Source: Callorhinchus milii (taxonomy: Eukaryota). Taken from it: DNA of 64,000 nucleotides. Made by a program: the position numbers and the translations under genes. The stretch lies in NCBI RefSeq assembly GCF_018977255.1, contig NW_024704743.1, positions 63,924,001 through 63,988,000 of the forward strand, read 5' to 3'. The notes beneath the pieces were generated by a model that was not told where the DNA came from, ran no database searches, and saw nothing but the letters and a program-made list of their open reading frames with translations. How positions within the stretch are numbered: the stretch's first letter is position 1; each line of letters starts with the position of its first letter. Below are positions 26,430 through 39,362 of this stretch, in pieces.

Positions 26430-26900
26430 GTCTCAAAACAGAGAGGGCTGGGAGGGTAAGACTTGGAGAGTGGCCGAAAGTGCGGTCAGAGGGTCTTGAG
26501 ATGTGCCTTGAAGGAGGTAAGGGAAGGGGCAAAGCGAAAGGATTGTGGAATTCCAAAGGGTGGCGACAGAAACCCAGACAGTTGAGCGTGGGGCAGACAG
26601 GGCAAGGGACATGAAGCCCGCTGAGCAGAGGTGGCGGACAGGTCGGTAAGGAGTAAGCAAGTCACAGAAGTAGGGAAGAGCAAGAAGACAAGGACGAGGA
26701 TTTTGAACTCTATCCTCCGGAGCCAGAGGAACCAGGAGAGGGGTGATCGAATCACAGAGCTTGGTGCGAGAGAGGACACTTATCAGTTGGGAAGACCGAT
26801 AAGCAGGGATGTAGCGTAATTGAGCCTCGATGCATGAATGAGAGAGGCAGTTGTGGAGCCGAGCAATACTGCGGAGGTGGAGGAAGGCAGAACGGCATGA
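26430..26900 (-). mobile_element. L2 LINE 3' fragment ending ~50 bp from the MOCOS exon 2 acceptor
   Basis: AFLHLRSIARL, RIEFKILVL and FKAHLKTL. Confidence 0.85.
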
Positions 26901-27204
26901 CAAACAGGTACGAATCCAGTAATAAACTAGAATAGCGGAAGTAACAGTAATCAACAGTTATATTTTGCTACTTTTTTAAGCTTTGATTTGCGTTTTTGAC
27001 TTCAGGTTCCGCAAACTGCTCTCTAATGCAAGTGTCAATAATGGGAAATTATTTTCCAATCGAAAATTCCTTTCACTGGGTAACCAAGGCAATTCAACAT
27101 TCCAAATGTTTGCTCAAACCAAATAGTGTTGGCTGACAAAATACAAATCCTGTACACTTTAGCATAAACCGTGTGAAACACTTAAAGATGTTCTCTCGAC
27201 ATAA

Positions 27205-27530
27205 AAATAATAATAATAATAATCCTTGCATTTGATAATAGCGCTTTTCACGTCGGGAGGACGTTCCAAAGCGCTTCACAGAACACACTGTAAAGTGAAT
27301 TGACTGTATATTTGTGGGCGAACGCGGCAGCCAATTGCACACAGCAATGTCCCACAAACAGTCGTAGATTGAAAATTATCAATTTATTATTGTTCTGTTT
27401 TGGAGGGATTATTATTAGGCTCTGTGTGGAGTAAAGAAACTTGCCCAAGGTTTCGCCCTCTGCCTGGAATTGCACCCAGGTGTCTCGCTTGCAAAGCGAG
27501 TGCTCTAACCACTGAGCTACAGGACTCCAC
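27205..27530 (-). mobile_element. tRNA-derived SINE, young short subfamily
   Basis: Near-identical to the copies at 44.5 and 57.2 kb. Confidence 0.93.
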
Positions 27531-27562
27531 AGCAAAAATTGCTGTGTCAGATACAGAGTATA

Positions 27563-28335
27563 ACGAAACAAAAACAGAAGTCGTTGGGAACACTCAGCAG
27601 GTCAGGCAACACCTATGGAGAAAGGAAAGTGAGTCAATGCTTCGGGTCCACGACTTGGGGCATGTTTGAAGGGAAGAGGCTTTTAAGGGCTAACAGAGAT
27701 GGGGGAGGCAGGGCAAGGAAGACAAAGGAGAAAATGGGATAGGGGACAAGGGATGATGGGTTAAAGAGGTGTTAATGATGCAAACCAAATGGGGGGGCTG
27801 CAACAAAACAGAGGAATAGAGATGTTAATAATGCAAAAAAGGGTGGGGGGGAAATTGCAATAAAATAGGCAGACCAGAGAGAAAAGGTGTGTCTGGGACC
27901 AAGATGATGTGGGAATAGTCTCAGAAGAGGGGGAGGGGGAAGGTGAGCTGTTATGGCCTGAAATTGTTGAAATCAATATTGAGGCCAGAGGGCTGTGAGG
28001 TCCCGAGCAGATAAATGAGGGGCTGTTCCTCGAGCTTGCGCTGTGGCTCGTGGGAATAGCGTAGGAGACCGTGGATGGAGTGGGAGGGAGAGTTGAAGTG
28101 GCAAGAAACCGGAAGCTCAGGGTTGTGCTTGCGGAGAGAACAGAGGTGTTCGGCAAATCGGTCACCAAATCTGCGTTTGGTCTCCTCAGTGTAGAGGAGA
28201 CCACATTGTGAGCAGCGAATGCACTAAACTACATTGGTGGTAGTACACGGAAATCGCTGTCTCACTTGAAATCTGTGTTTGGGGCCCTGGACAGTGGTAT
28301 GGGAGCTGAAAGGGCAGGTATTGCATCTCCTGCAC
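27563..28335 (-). mobile_element. Penelope-like element 3' end: disrupted GIY-YIG endonuclease (~28316-27951), 3' UTR and partial pseudo-LTR (~27563-27655)
   Basis: Manual minus-strand translation reads CPFSSHTTVQGPKHRFQVRQRFPCTTTNVV*CIRCSQCGLLYTEETKRRFGDRFAEHL...HFNSPSH...RKLEEQ/LIYLLGTSQPSGLNIDFNNFRP*, with a stop and a frameshift. Confidence 0.9.
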
Positions 28336-29129
28336 AGGCTCGCAAAATACTTCTAGCATCTGCTGTATTTCGCATTTTGACAAAGTATAATGATTATGGT
28401 TAGATTCCAGAAATAAGAGACAGTATTTACTACCTAAAAATAATCAAATCTTATTTATTCTTATTTTGATTAAAAATAAATCATGATTAACCAAATGTTA
28501 TCCCCATGACGTTGTTCTGTAACAAACACTATTTACACTACCTTGCCAGACCAACTATACAAACCAAATAAAATAAAGTCAAAGTCTGAAGTTATATAAG
28601 TAAAATTACTCAAGTCTCATTGTGTGTGTGTGTGTGGGGGGGGGGGAAGAGTGGGGGAGGCAGCGGTAGGCTAAATTACACTACAATTGGGAAGAAATTC
28701 CACAGAGCTCTTCGGCTACTTTCTTAGCATTTCACAACACGCAGAATTTGACCTTTAATAAGTTACAGAAAACCAACTTCAAAGTTAAGTCTGCATATAG
28801 GAATCTGCCAAATTTTGCTGGTGGAATTTTATCCCTAATTATTGTCCGGTTTAGGATGTGCAGGGAGAGGAATATTTTCCAGGCCTTCCATTCTTGATTG
28901 CTATCCCATGACTCCCTTCCAGCGGGTGTAATTTGGTCTTTTCTCGTGCAACTGCAGAAGAATACCAAATTTTCATAAAGTCAACTATCCAGATATCCAC
29001 AAAGTGAATGAGGGGCTGAGAGACACTGGGGGAAAAAAATCAGTTTTGTCATGCCTGCATATTATCAGTGATGCATTTTAGCCATGCAAGTAAACCGCAG
29101 CTTAGCAACCTTGTGTGTAAAAGAATAAT

Positions 29130-29300
29130 TTGGCCACCCAATCCATGACTGTATGCGGGACACTGCTGGGTGCAATTGGCCGTCGAGTTTAACCCACAAA
29201 ATATACAGTCAATTCACTTTACAGTATATTCTGTGAAGTGCTTTGAGACATCTCAATGACTTGATAAGGTGTTTTATCAAATGCTAGGATTATCATTATT
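29130..29300 (+). mobile_element. SINE 3' half
   Basis: Core and tail similarity. Confidence 0.75.
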
Positions 29301-29759
29301 GTGAACATGTACATAACTGGATTTATATTGCCAGTAGTGTGAAGGATACTTACTTTTGTAGTGTGGAGATAAGAGTCAGAGAAAGAGATACATTGTTATA
29401 GAGATAAAATTACAAAGAGTGAAAGAAAGAAAGCTTGAAAAACACAGACAAAAGCAGAGTGAGAAAGAGTTGGAGTCATAAAGAGAGGGGGGGCACAGAG
29501 CGCTACTGTAGTGGAACTTTTTACCCACGATGGGGTAAATCCAATTAGTGCAGCTCCAATTAGTGCAGATAATCATCAGGTCTCTACTGTATGAGGCAAT
29601 GACAATTGGCTTTTATTGTTTCCCTCTCCCCACAATCAAGCTGAAAGTAGATCATTAATGTATAAAATTAAAATTTAAAATATAAAATTTATACTGAAAC
29701 TTTAGGAATAAAATGGAAATTTATCACATGCAGTTCAGACATTTTCTTAGCCACTCTGT

Positions 29760-29980
29760 TACATAGGAACAGAGGAACAGGAGGAGGCCATGCAGCCCTT
29801 CGAGCCTGTTCCGCCATTTAATTAGATCATGGCTGATCTGTACCTCAACAAATCCTTTCAATTCTAATTTCCCGCTTTCTCCCCATATCCCTTAATACCT
29901 GACCTACCAAAAATCTATCAACCTCACTCTTGAAGGTGTGGATGGATCCAGCATCCACGGCCTTTTGGGGGAGAGAATTT
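29760..29980 (-). mobile_element. CR1 3' end
   Basis: Reverse-complement similarity to 55330-55540. Confidence 0.8.
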
Positions 29981-32244
29981 TAAATTTTTCTTTTTTATAT
30001 AAGTAGCTTACAATGTTCTTCAGAAACAGTACTGTACTTTATTTTAAAAAGTTATTCAGATCTTTATATTGCTGGCGAACACTTTATTCAGGTCGGGAAG
30101 GAAATCAGCTCCCTTTCTCAGGGGAAATTAACAGGCCAAAATTAAATGCTAATTAAATCTGTTCTCACAAATGATATTGAAGAGGCCAGTCAATCATTGT
30201 TTTCTTGTATTCTGTTTGCATGTTCTTGTACAAGGCACCAGGAGAAAAATGTAACTGCTCCTGTTTTGGAGTTGTACACATTATTATTTGATGCATTATA
30301 CTGTATATTGGTCCACATGAATACTAATGAGGCCATAGTGTATGACTTAAGTAGATACGGGCTAGTTACCTCATTACAGCACCAGCTGACAGTCCTCGGT
30401 AGAAATGTGGTGCAAAACTATTTTTAGTTTCACTGGGAATAAGCATTCTTGCTCAACCTTTTTTTTTTGTTGAGAGGCATTTTCAGCACATTCTTCATCT
30501 GTTACTTTTAAAAATGTTGACACTATAAAAATTTAATCCAGATGTATCTGTCTCCACATGAATTAATGATTATTGGGTAGCCACTTAGAATATCAATCAT
30601 TTGCTAATGATAATCACTTTGATGCTTTTCTTAATATACTTCATGCTTAAACATATATGTGTGAAGGTAAAATCATGTCTTCCTTGTGGAAGTGCTTTAT
30701 ATGGTTTGACCATGCCTTAGTTCCTTTGCCCTCCCCCCCACTCCCTCCAAATGGGGTGCTGATATATGGGGCACTGGATCGTGGGATAACGCCAAGAAGT
30801 ATAAAATATCCGTGTATTTAAAAATGTTGTTGGGCTTCAATGGAATTTCTGAACAAGGCTGCATAGGATGTAAAGCATCGGGAGCCATTGACGGGGGCAC
30901 TCAGGAAATGTCCTGATTACCTATGTAGCCTGTCCACCCCTGTGTGCTATTGTATTTAGCAGAGGCCTTTTGGAAATTTAACTACACTATGCCATATGGT
31001 TTCTCACTGGAAATTTATCATCTCAAAATGTCTCTGAGACTGGTCAGGCAGGATCGATCCCATGGAATGTATTAGTTTTCCAATTACCAAGCTCAGGCCA
31101 ATACATCATCAATTGCCAGCTCAGTTCTATCAGACTCCTGGAATTTGGGAAACACATTTGGTTGTTTTCAGTTTTTCAAAATCTCTCCAGTGATCATTTA
31201 CTCTATCGAAATGACCATCAGTGCTTCAAAAATCTCGCCTGTTGTCTGTTATCCTGGGGTGTAGTTCACCATCCTGAGAAAATGGTCTTATTTTAGCTGA
31301 AATCTCTGCCTTGATAATGTCAAACTCTCAGAACTCGTATAGTGTCTTTGGATGTTGGACAGTAAATTGGTAGTGTTCTCCCAGGTTAAAAATAAATCCA
31401 AATAGCCATTTCAGGATGAATAGTTCCCACTCTGCCCATTGGAAATCATTGAAAAAACATTTTCAAATTTTGTTACACAATAGCTTGTTCCAAAAAGTAC
31501 TAAACTGGGACATTCATGCAATTGGGATAAATCACAGATATTCATTTCAGAACGGAAGTTCAGAGAAAGAAGGATAATTTATCAAGACAGTCGAGGTTTC
31601 AGTAGTGATTCAAGTTTATCAAATGATAAATTCTTAGTCTTAGGTACAGAAATAGCATCTAAATAGAAGCTATTGGCAGCCAGGCCATCTATTATAAGAT
31701 GTTCTGTGAGAATCTGATTTTACTGTACTAAGTCAATACCTGACAGAGCCAGGAACAATGTCATAATATGAATTTCCTAAACCCATTTCCTAAAAAAAGG
31801 GATTAAAATAAATTATCTTGAATGCCATAATTTGTATTGCAACATTTTCCCCTCAACAAGCCCACATCTATCTTTTTTGTGTCCTGTACTACAATTAATT
31901 GTTTTTTTTACAGTCCTTTAATGCCAATTTATCAGGAAGAGTAACATTCTCAATAAGATTTTACTGATCTAGCGTAGTCAGTTATTCATTTTATGTTGAA
32001 ACATACAGATTGTAATTCTACGGTATTAAATAATTAAAGTAATGCTTCAGGAAAAAAAATGCAATTCCCTCATTATCAAGTGTTCACTTGAAAAATATAT
32101 CACATTACAATGTTTGTTTTAAATGTTTTTGTTTTGTGGGCATTTGCTCACGAAAAACACTGTCATTACACTTAACAGTATAGCCTTTGAAGCGCTTCGA
32201 GACTTCCTCCTGACGTGATACCAAGTGCACAGAATATAATGTTA

Positions 32245-34045
32245 TTACAACACAAAATGACATTTGTATAGTGCCTTTCATGTCGGAAGGACGTCCCAAG
32301 CCGCTGGACAGTCAGAGAGTTTTGGACTTGAGCTGGTGGTAGGGATCTGCGAGAGTGGAGGGCGTGGGGGGAGCGGGGAGATCGAAAGTACGGTCAAGGA
32401 GGAGGGTCTTGAGATGGGTCTTGAAGGAGGCAAGGGGCGAGGCGGAGGGACTGTGGGATGGAGGTCCAGAGGGTGGGGGCAGAGTGGCAGAAAGTCTGGC
32501 CGCCAAAGTTGGGGCGGGCGAGGCAGTGGGACATGAAGCAGGCCGGAGCCCGCTGAACGGAGGGAGTGGGCAGGTTGGTAGGGGGTTATGAGGTCCCAGA
32601 GGTAGGGGGGAGCAAGACCATGGCGGGCTTTGAAGGTGAGGACCAGTATCTTGAACTGTATGTACTGATCTACTGGGTCCAGCCTCCTCCACGTCCCCCA
32701 AATCCTCTTCTCCAATATCAGCAGCAGTGCCTTCAGCCAATACGCCCTGAAACTTTGGAACTCCCTCCCTCAACCCCTTCAGCCCCTCCTTCCCCATCTT
32801 CAGGTCGCACCTGAAGACCTTCCTTTTTGACCACGCCTACGGTCACCTTCCCCTTGGCTTGGGCTCCACCATTGTTAAGTGCTCTGAGACCCCGCCCTGC
32901 ATGGAGGGCACTATATAAGTGCAAGTTGTTGTTGTTATCCTCTGTGTGATGGGAAGCCAATGGAGTCGAGTGAGGATGGGGGTGATAGGGTCACGGAGCC
33001 TGGTGCAGGAGCAGACTCGGGCCTGCAGAGTTCTGGATGATCTGCACCCTATGGAGGGAGGAGTTGGGGAGGCCGACAAGCAAGGAGTTTGCATCGTCAA
33101 GCATGGATGTAATGAAGACATGTATGAGGGTTTCAGTGGCCTGCAGTGTGAGCCATCAGGAGAGCCTCGGTCTTGTTGACGTTCAACTGAAGAAAGTTAG
33201 CTCTCATCCAGGAATTGATGTCTGACAGACATTCTCTCAGGACAGCAGTGGTCCTGGAGTCAAGGGTGGAGGCAGAGAGGTAGAGTTGGGTGTCATCCAC
33301 ACACATGTGGAAGTTGACCCCATGTGTGCGGATGATATCATCAAGAGGGAGCATATAGATATTGAAGAGGCGGGGACCAAGGGCAGAGCCCTGAGGAATG
33401 CCGCGACCACATCACTCCCACCCTCGCTTGCCTTCACTGGCTTCCCATTCCCCAGAGGATCGAATTCAAGATCCTCATCCTCACCTACAAGTCCATTCAC
33501 GGTCTTGCTCCCTCCTACCTCTCCAACCTACTATCCCCCTTCCTACCTGCCCGTACCCTCTGTTCCTCTGGCTCCAGTCTGCTCCACATTCCCCGCCACA
33601 ACCACCCTACCATTGGTGGCCGGGCCTTCAGCCTCTCAGCCCCGAGGCGCTGGAACTCCATCCCCCAGTGCCTTCGCCGCCTCCTCCCTTTCCTCCTTCA
33701 AGGCCGGTCTCAAGACCTTTCTCTTTGACCGTGCCTTCAGCTCCCCGCTTGACTCTCTACCCCCTCCTCACTCCCTCCCTTCTCTCCCCCTGACCATTTC
33801 CCCCCTGCTCGGGTCCTGACCCAACTGTCCAGCGCCTTGGGACGTCCTCCCGACGTGAAAGGCGCTCTATAAATGGAACCTTGTTGTTGTTGCACAAGAC
33901 GGTGCGGGGGCTAGAGGAGAAACCATTAGTGGAGTTGAAGTGGAGGCGGTGTGAGAGGTACGATCTGAACCAGTCAAAGACAGAACCATGAGGGTTGAGG
34001 TGAGAGGAGAATCGGTGGATGAGGATAGAGTGGTCAACAGTGTCA
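32245..34045. mobile_element. Minus-strand L2 interrupted twice by plus-strand L2 3' fragments (~32670-32936 and ~33402-33892)
   Basis: The minus element is collinear across both interruptions (HGVNFHMCVDDTQLY RT motif). Each plus insert ends in its own (GTT)n tail. Confidence 0.85.
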
Positions 34046-34304
34046 ATAATTATTATTGTATACAGGACACAATGTCAAGAAACTTTGATAGTAACAACAA
34101 CAACAAAAGTAAGTGAGAAAAGAATCTGTGTGTTGAGTTAAGGCTCACTATAATAATTTAGGTGTGGCTGATAGTGAAAATGAACATCAACGCTTGTGTA
34201 CAAACGATGATGTTTGTAACAAAATGATCTCACAGAAAAAACAGAACAGAGAAATCTGTCAGCAGTAGCCACTGAAGTGTTATGTTTGTGTGATGAGCCG
34301 TATT

Positions 34305-34725
34305 ACTTGATAGCATTCTTGCCTCTGAGTCAGAAAAGACCCATGTTTGGACTTTGAATTTATAGTCCACACTGACACTTCAGTGTAGGGCTTGGGGGAG
34401 TACTACATTGTCTGAGGTGTCATCCTTTGACATAAAACAAACTGAGATCCAGTCTACTTGTTCAAATAGATGTTAAAAGATCCCATAGCACTATTTGAAA
34501 AGACAAGGATGTTTCTCCCAGTATCCTGGCTAATAATCCTCTAGATTAAAAAAATGGATTTCACTTAACGGCTATTTTTGGGTCATTGCTGCGTGCAAAA
34601 TGTCCATCATTTTGTTCGCCTAGAAATACACAATCAGTAGTTTACAGGGAATTCTGAAATTCGTTGAGATGATCTGACTGATAAGGAGAAGTAGATATTG
34701 TCAAATGCAAGGATTATTATTATTT
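34305..34725 (+). mobile_element. Older Deu-type SINE
   Basis: GCCTCTGAGTCAGAA head, GATGTTAAAAGATCCCATAGCACTATTTGAA body, core and tail. Confidence 0.65.
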
Positions 34726-35653
34726 ATACTGTATACAATAAACCCATCATAAATTGTGAATATAGTCATCTTCCTATTTCCTGTCTATGACAAGAAAGGG
34801 TCAGTTGTACAAAATAAACTGTTTGCAAATATATTACTTTTAATTGCCCTTTTAAAATAAAAAATAATGGATGGTAACATAGTAATAGATCCAGGCTGGG
34901 GAAGACCATTAGTCCATTCATTCAACTTTTCAAATGATTCTTTAAAAGCGTCTATTTCAGCACCTTGGGACGTCCTCCCAACGTGAAAGGTGCTGTACAA
35001 AAGTAATCTTGTTGTTGTTGTCTTGTATTTAATCTGCTACACCTCTGCTAGCAATAAGTTAGATGCTTCTATTTTTCTCACCAAGTAGAAGAGGTGTAAC
35101 ATAGCAGAAAGACTACTGTGATGCAAGCTTATTGAGCCAATGATGCGTACAAGATTAGATACAATATAGTTTTTCAGCAGTGGATGACCAGAAATAAATT
35201 ATTAAGTTTAGATTCAAAAGTTAATTACATTTCTATTATGCTACCTTTATGACCTGTAGTACAACCAATTTAATGGCATTCTATTCTATTAGCAGTCTTG
35301 TCCAAAGTACTGTTTGTTTTAATTCTGAGTTGCCTCATGACTTCAGCAAATGTGGCACAGCGCATATTATTATTTATAAATCATCAATTAAAAATAGCAA
35401 CCACAAGAGGTTCATTCACTCTCTAGATTTCTAATACAGTTTAATAGCCACCACTGTACTGTAGGATTCACTTTTCACATTCTATTGATTTGATTGAATC
35501 GAATTTGACGATTGTTAATTTTTGAAATGCTAAGCAGCCTTTTTCCCAGAATGTTTTTAGCAAAGAAAACACTTCTATTGATTGAAGTAAAGTGAAAACA
35601 AACCGTTGAATTTTTATAATGATTTGTATTTAAGGTTCAACTTTGAGTTAGGT

Positions 35654-35905
35654 CAGGGTGGTCTAATCTTTTGACTGCTGAGGGCTGGATGCTGGATTTG
35701 AGAAACGCCTGCACGCCAGATAAGCAATATTTTTGGGTTTCCCTTCCATAAACATAACTGTACAGAGATTGAGGGTCGCGGACATTGGGCGAAGGGAGGG
35801 GGTGTAGCAGAGTATCAGAGCCACGGATACTGGGCCCATATATGGTTCGCGGGTCGGATGCAATCACCCCCCCCCCCCCCCCCCGCCACCAGTTGGACCA
35901 ACCTG
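35654..35905. mobile_element. hAT (Charlie-type) non-autonomous DNA transposon
   Basis: Imperfect TIRs CAGGGTGGTCTAAT / AGTTGGACCAACCTG. 8-bp TSD AGTTAGGT / AGTTAAGT with central TA. Confidence 0.75.
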
Positions 35906-35966
35906 AGTTAAGTTATTGTATGAACATTCAAAAAACAAACCTTTGCAGCATTAACTAAAACCATTG

Positions 35967-36413
35967 GGGGTCAATTTAGTTATATATATGGCAACCCCAT
36001 TTCAGACCTGCTGGCTGCATCCAATGTCATCAGTTCTTTAAGAGCAGGCATGCCTTATAACAAGGAGTGGAAGGACATTTTAATGGGGTTGCACTCTATT
36101 CAATATTTATTACAATGAATGTCCCCTGATGGACATTCCCCATGCCATTCTTAATAACAATATCTGTGTAGTCGGGGTGTGGGATTGGACTTCTAGCTTA
36201 TGACATTTGATCAGCAGTTTGTGGCTTTCTATTGAACAATAAACTCAAATAATCAGTAACCACCAAACTGGTAGTTGAATAATGCAATCCAGAAGTCTTA
36301 ATTTCAAAGAGCCAGATTCAATGACGTTGACGTTGAAAAAAAACAAAGGGGGCTCCATGTCTGATACACACATTCAGTGGTATAAATATCTGACGAATCA
36401 CTAAATTGACCCC
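35967..36413. mobile_element. Putative PIF/Harbinger-type MITE
   Basis: Perfect 14-bp inverted repeats GGGGTCAATTTAGT (35967-35980) and ACTAAATTGACCCC (36400-36413). TSD not clean. Confidence 0.55.
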
Positions 36414-37399
36414 TTTGTCAGTTGCTATCAACTCTGCATCTTACATTTATTAATTCATATGCAAGATTAGAGATGCTGGCAGTGAGCTGTAAGACAGCAA
36501 TTCAATCAAACAGGTTTAATGAAGCTCAAGTGGTTCATACATGGCTGCACAAGCTGCCCTCTGCCCCTCCATCGAAAATACTGCCATAAAAAGTACCTGC
36601 AGCAAGAAGCAATCTTTTTTAATTATAGTACACTTAAAACGTTTGTGTATTTGATTACATTTCTTGTTTTTAAATTACTTTTGAACATATGAGGCAAAAA
36701 TATTCATACAGCACATTGATATAGGTTTTAAAAAATAAATGTCCTATTTGAATACCACTTTTTTCAAGTAATTGCATTGATGCAAATGTATACATCATAT
36801 ATTTAAATAAAAGCATTATAGACGTAACTATTACAGGTCAGAGTAACAGCAAGAACAGCAAAAGAAGGCCGAAAAGTATGACTGGTCATGTAGGATAATT
36901 AGGTTTTTATTTCAAGTACCAGAAAATATCCTATATGGTAAATAGAAACAATTTTACATTTATTGTTTTGATGTACGTAAACTCAATGTGTTGATGTTTT
37001 AATGCTGGGAGCTGGGATTCTTCCTACTTGACTCCCATTAACCCTGCAACAACTTTATACAGTGTCCTTCATGTAGAGTAATATCTGAGAATTCTGGGGT
37101 ATGTTTGGAGTTAAGCAAAGGAGAGAGAGGGAGAGATGGCCATTAGTGGGATTGATGAGGTAAGAACTGAGGCTGGATTTCCACAGAGAGAGGGAAACAC
37201 AGAATGTAGAGGAAAGGGGTTCCAGAGGTTACGATCTGAAGGCCAGGCCAACTATGGCGGCACAGACAGGGCAAGGGTCACACAGCAAACCTGAGCTAGC
37301 TGAGTGGAGGGGTGAATAGAGCCACAGGGTAGTAGAAATTGTGGCTCAGTTGTGAGTTGGGAGGTGTTCTAATGGTAAAAGCAATAGCCACGTACTCAT

Positions 37400-38023
37400 A
37401 TGTCAATGCTTCTATTTTATCCTGCTTGGGGTCGAGGTAAGTAGAATATCCTTGGTGCTGTACTGACTCCAAGGTGACATGTTTGGCAACAGAATATCAG
37501 ATCGAGCCAACCTTCTGTGACGGTCTCGGTGGTCCAGTTCCTGAGTCAGGCAGGTCTACAGTAATCGAGGGCACTGCTGTCATCAGCCCAGCCAGCTTGT
37601 CTCATCGCCAGGACTTGGAAGAACAGACAAGTCATTGGAGGCAGGGACTCCTCCCATACTCAGCTCCTGTTAACTCTTCAAGCCAAAGCACTAAAAGATA
37701 AAGAGTGGTCAAGCAGAGGAAAACCTTGCCAGACAGTGCTTTCAATGGCAAGCTATGTGGTTTTAGCTGGTTAGACTCCAGCAGTATTCCAAAACATACT
37801 CCGGAATTTGTAAGCCTCGGTTCTTGCCCACTTGCGCATAATACTTTCCGGAATTAGCTAAGCAGGATGCGTCCTCCGGGGAAAGAGTTTGCATTCAATT
37901 CCAATAAATACCTTGGGAATTTCCATATATAGGCGGAATGTATGGAACTCTCAGTTTGGTTTGGATCCTCTTAAGAGTGGTAATAAGTTTCTGTTTGTGT
38001 CAGATACCCAACTGACCAAAAAA
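37400..38023 (+). mobile_element. Second copy of the CCHC-type LINE 3' end
   Basis: Shares GGCAAGCTATG.GGTTTTAGCTGGTTAGACTCCA, GGAATTAGCTAAGCA and the CTGACCAAAAAA end with 52.8-53.3 kb. Confidence 0.7.
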
Positions 38024-38529
38024 GCTACAATTTTGACAGCAGCATCAGTGAAGAATGAGAACGTAAATTGCAGTGCTACTCCCACTAGTATATTGTGTGA
38101 AGCTTATGTTTTCCTTTTTAAAATTTCTTGACAACCACATCATCTTTCCTGAACTCACAAGAGACAGGGAGGAAAAGTGTGATGAACACTTGTAGTCTCA
38201 GTTTGTATGCGGAGCACACAATTTCATTCTACAATGGTATCATATACTCACTGTTCTCAAGGGAACCACAAGAGTTTATCATAACAACTTATCAGAACAT
38301 ATTTTTAATATTACTTTTCCCAGGAAACAAAGTTAGGTTTTATGTCAGTTCAAAGAAAAATATATATATTAAAATCAGGCCAAATATCTGATAAATATAT
38401 TTATATATTCCCTAAAGCAGAATAAGCCCTTGAAGGTCTTCACATTGTAATTGAGTGTAAAACATTTAAACAAGATTCAGCATTGATGGCTGCCAGTATT
38501 TCTGATACCTAGATAATGTTGGCAGCCAC

Positions 38530-38765
38530 ATGAACTACGTGAGGGAGTGTTTTTCCCTATTCTGCCTAATGAAATTGAACCGTTCAGCGATAGGGAACCA
38601 GGGGAGCCTGGCTAGAACTGGTGTGATAGGGGTACGGAGTTTAGTACTGGTGAGTATGCGGGTGGCGGAGTTTTGGATAAGCTCGATCTTATGGATGGTG
38701 GAGCTGAGGAAACCAGCGAGGAGGGCATTTGAAAAGTCGAGTCGGGCAGTGACAAACACATGGAT
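38530..38765 (-). mobile_element. L2 LINE fragment of a more divergent family
   Basis: FVTARLDFSNALLAG...IQNSATRILT...ITPVLARLPWFPIAER. Confidence 0.8.
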
Positions 38766-38989
38766 GTGTGTTTTATGTTTTTTTTAAATTAGTGAGTGTG
38801 TTCTATAAGTAATTTTGCATTTCTGCAAAAGAACTTTAAACTTTTTAACACAATTCAGTTGTTTAAAACAATTAATCATCTCTGGAGGACATTAGCTTTG
38901 CTCCTTTCAGATCTTGGTGCATTTAATATTATTGTTTTTTTATACTGTAATGTAAACATAGGATCTTCTTTAATCAAGGAACTTCCAAT

Positions 38990-39362
38990 TTAAATGGTAA
39001 TCTTCAAATCCATTCACTCCCTTGGCACCTCCCTACCTCTCCGACCACCTCATTCTCCAATCCACCACCCGGCACCTCTGCTCAACAGGCAACAGCCTTC
39101 TGCTCGTCCCTTGCACCCTCCACCCCACCATCGGAGGTCGCGCTTTCAGACACTATGCCCAAAACTCTGGAACATTCTCCCTCAATCCCGCTGCCTTGCC
39201 CCCTCTCTCCCTTCTTTGAAGTCCCGCCTGAAAACTTTCCTTTTCAACCATGCTTATGGTCACCTCCCCGGCTCCAGCTCAGTGTCAGGCTCCGCCACTG
39301 TTAAGCGCTCTGAGACGCTACCCTGTGTGGAAGGCTCTACATAAGTGCAAGTTGTTGTTGTT
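38990..39362 (+). mobile_element. L2 LINE 3' fragment (type-B tail)
   Basis: GGRAF, LKSRLKTFLF and tail GTTAAGCGCTCTGAGACG...GCAAGTTGTTG. Confidence 0.85.
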
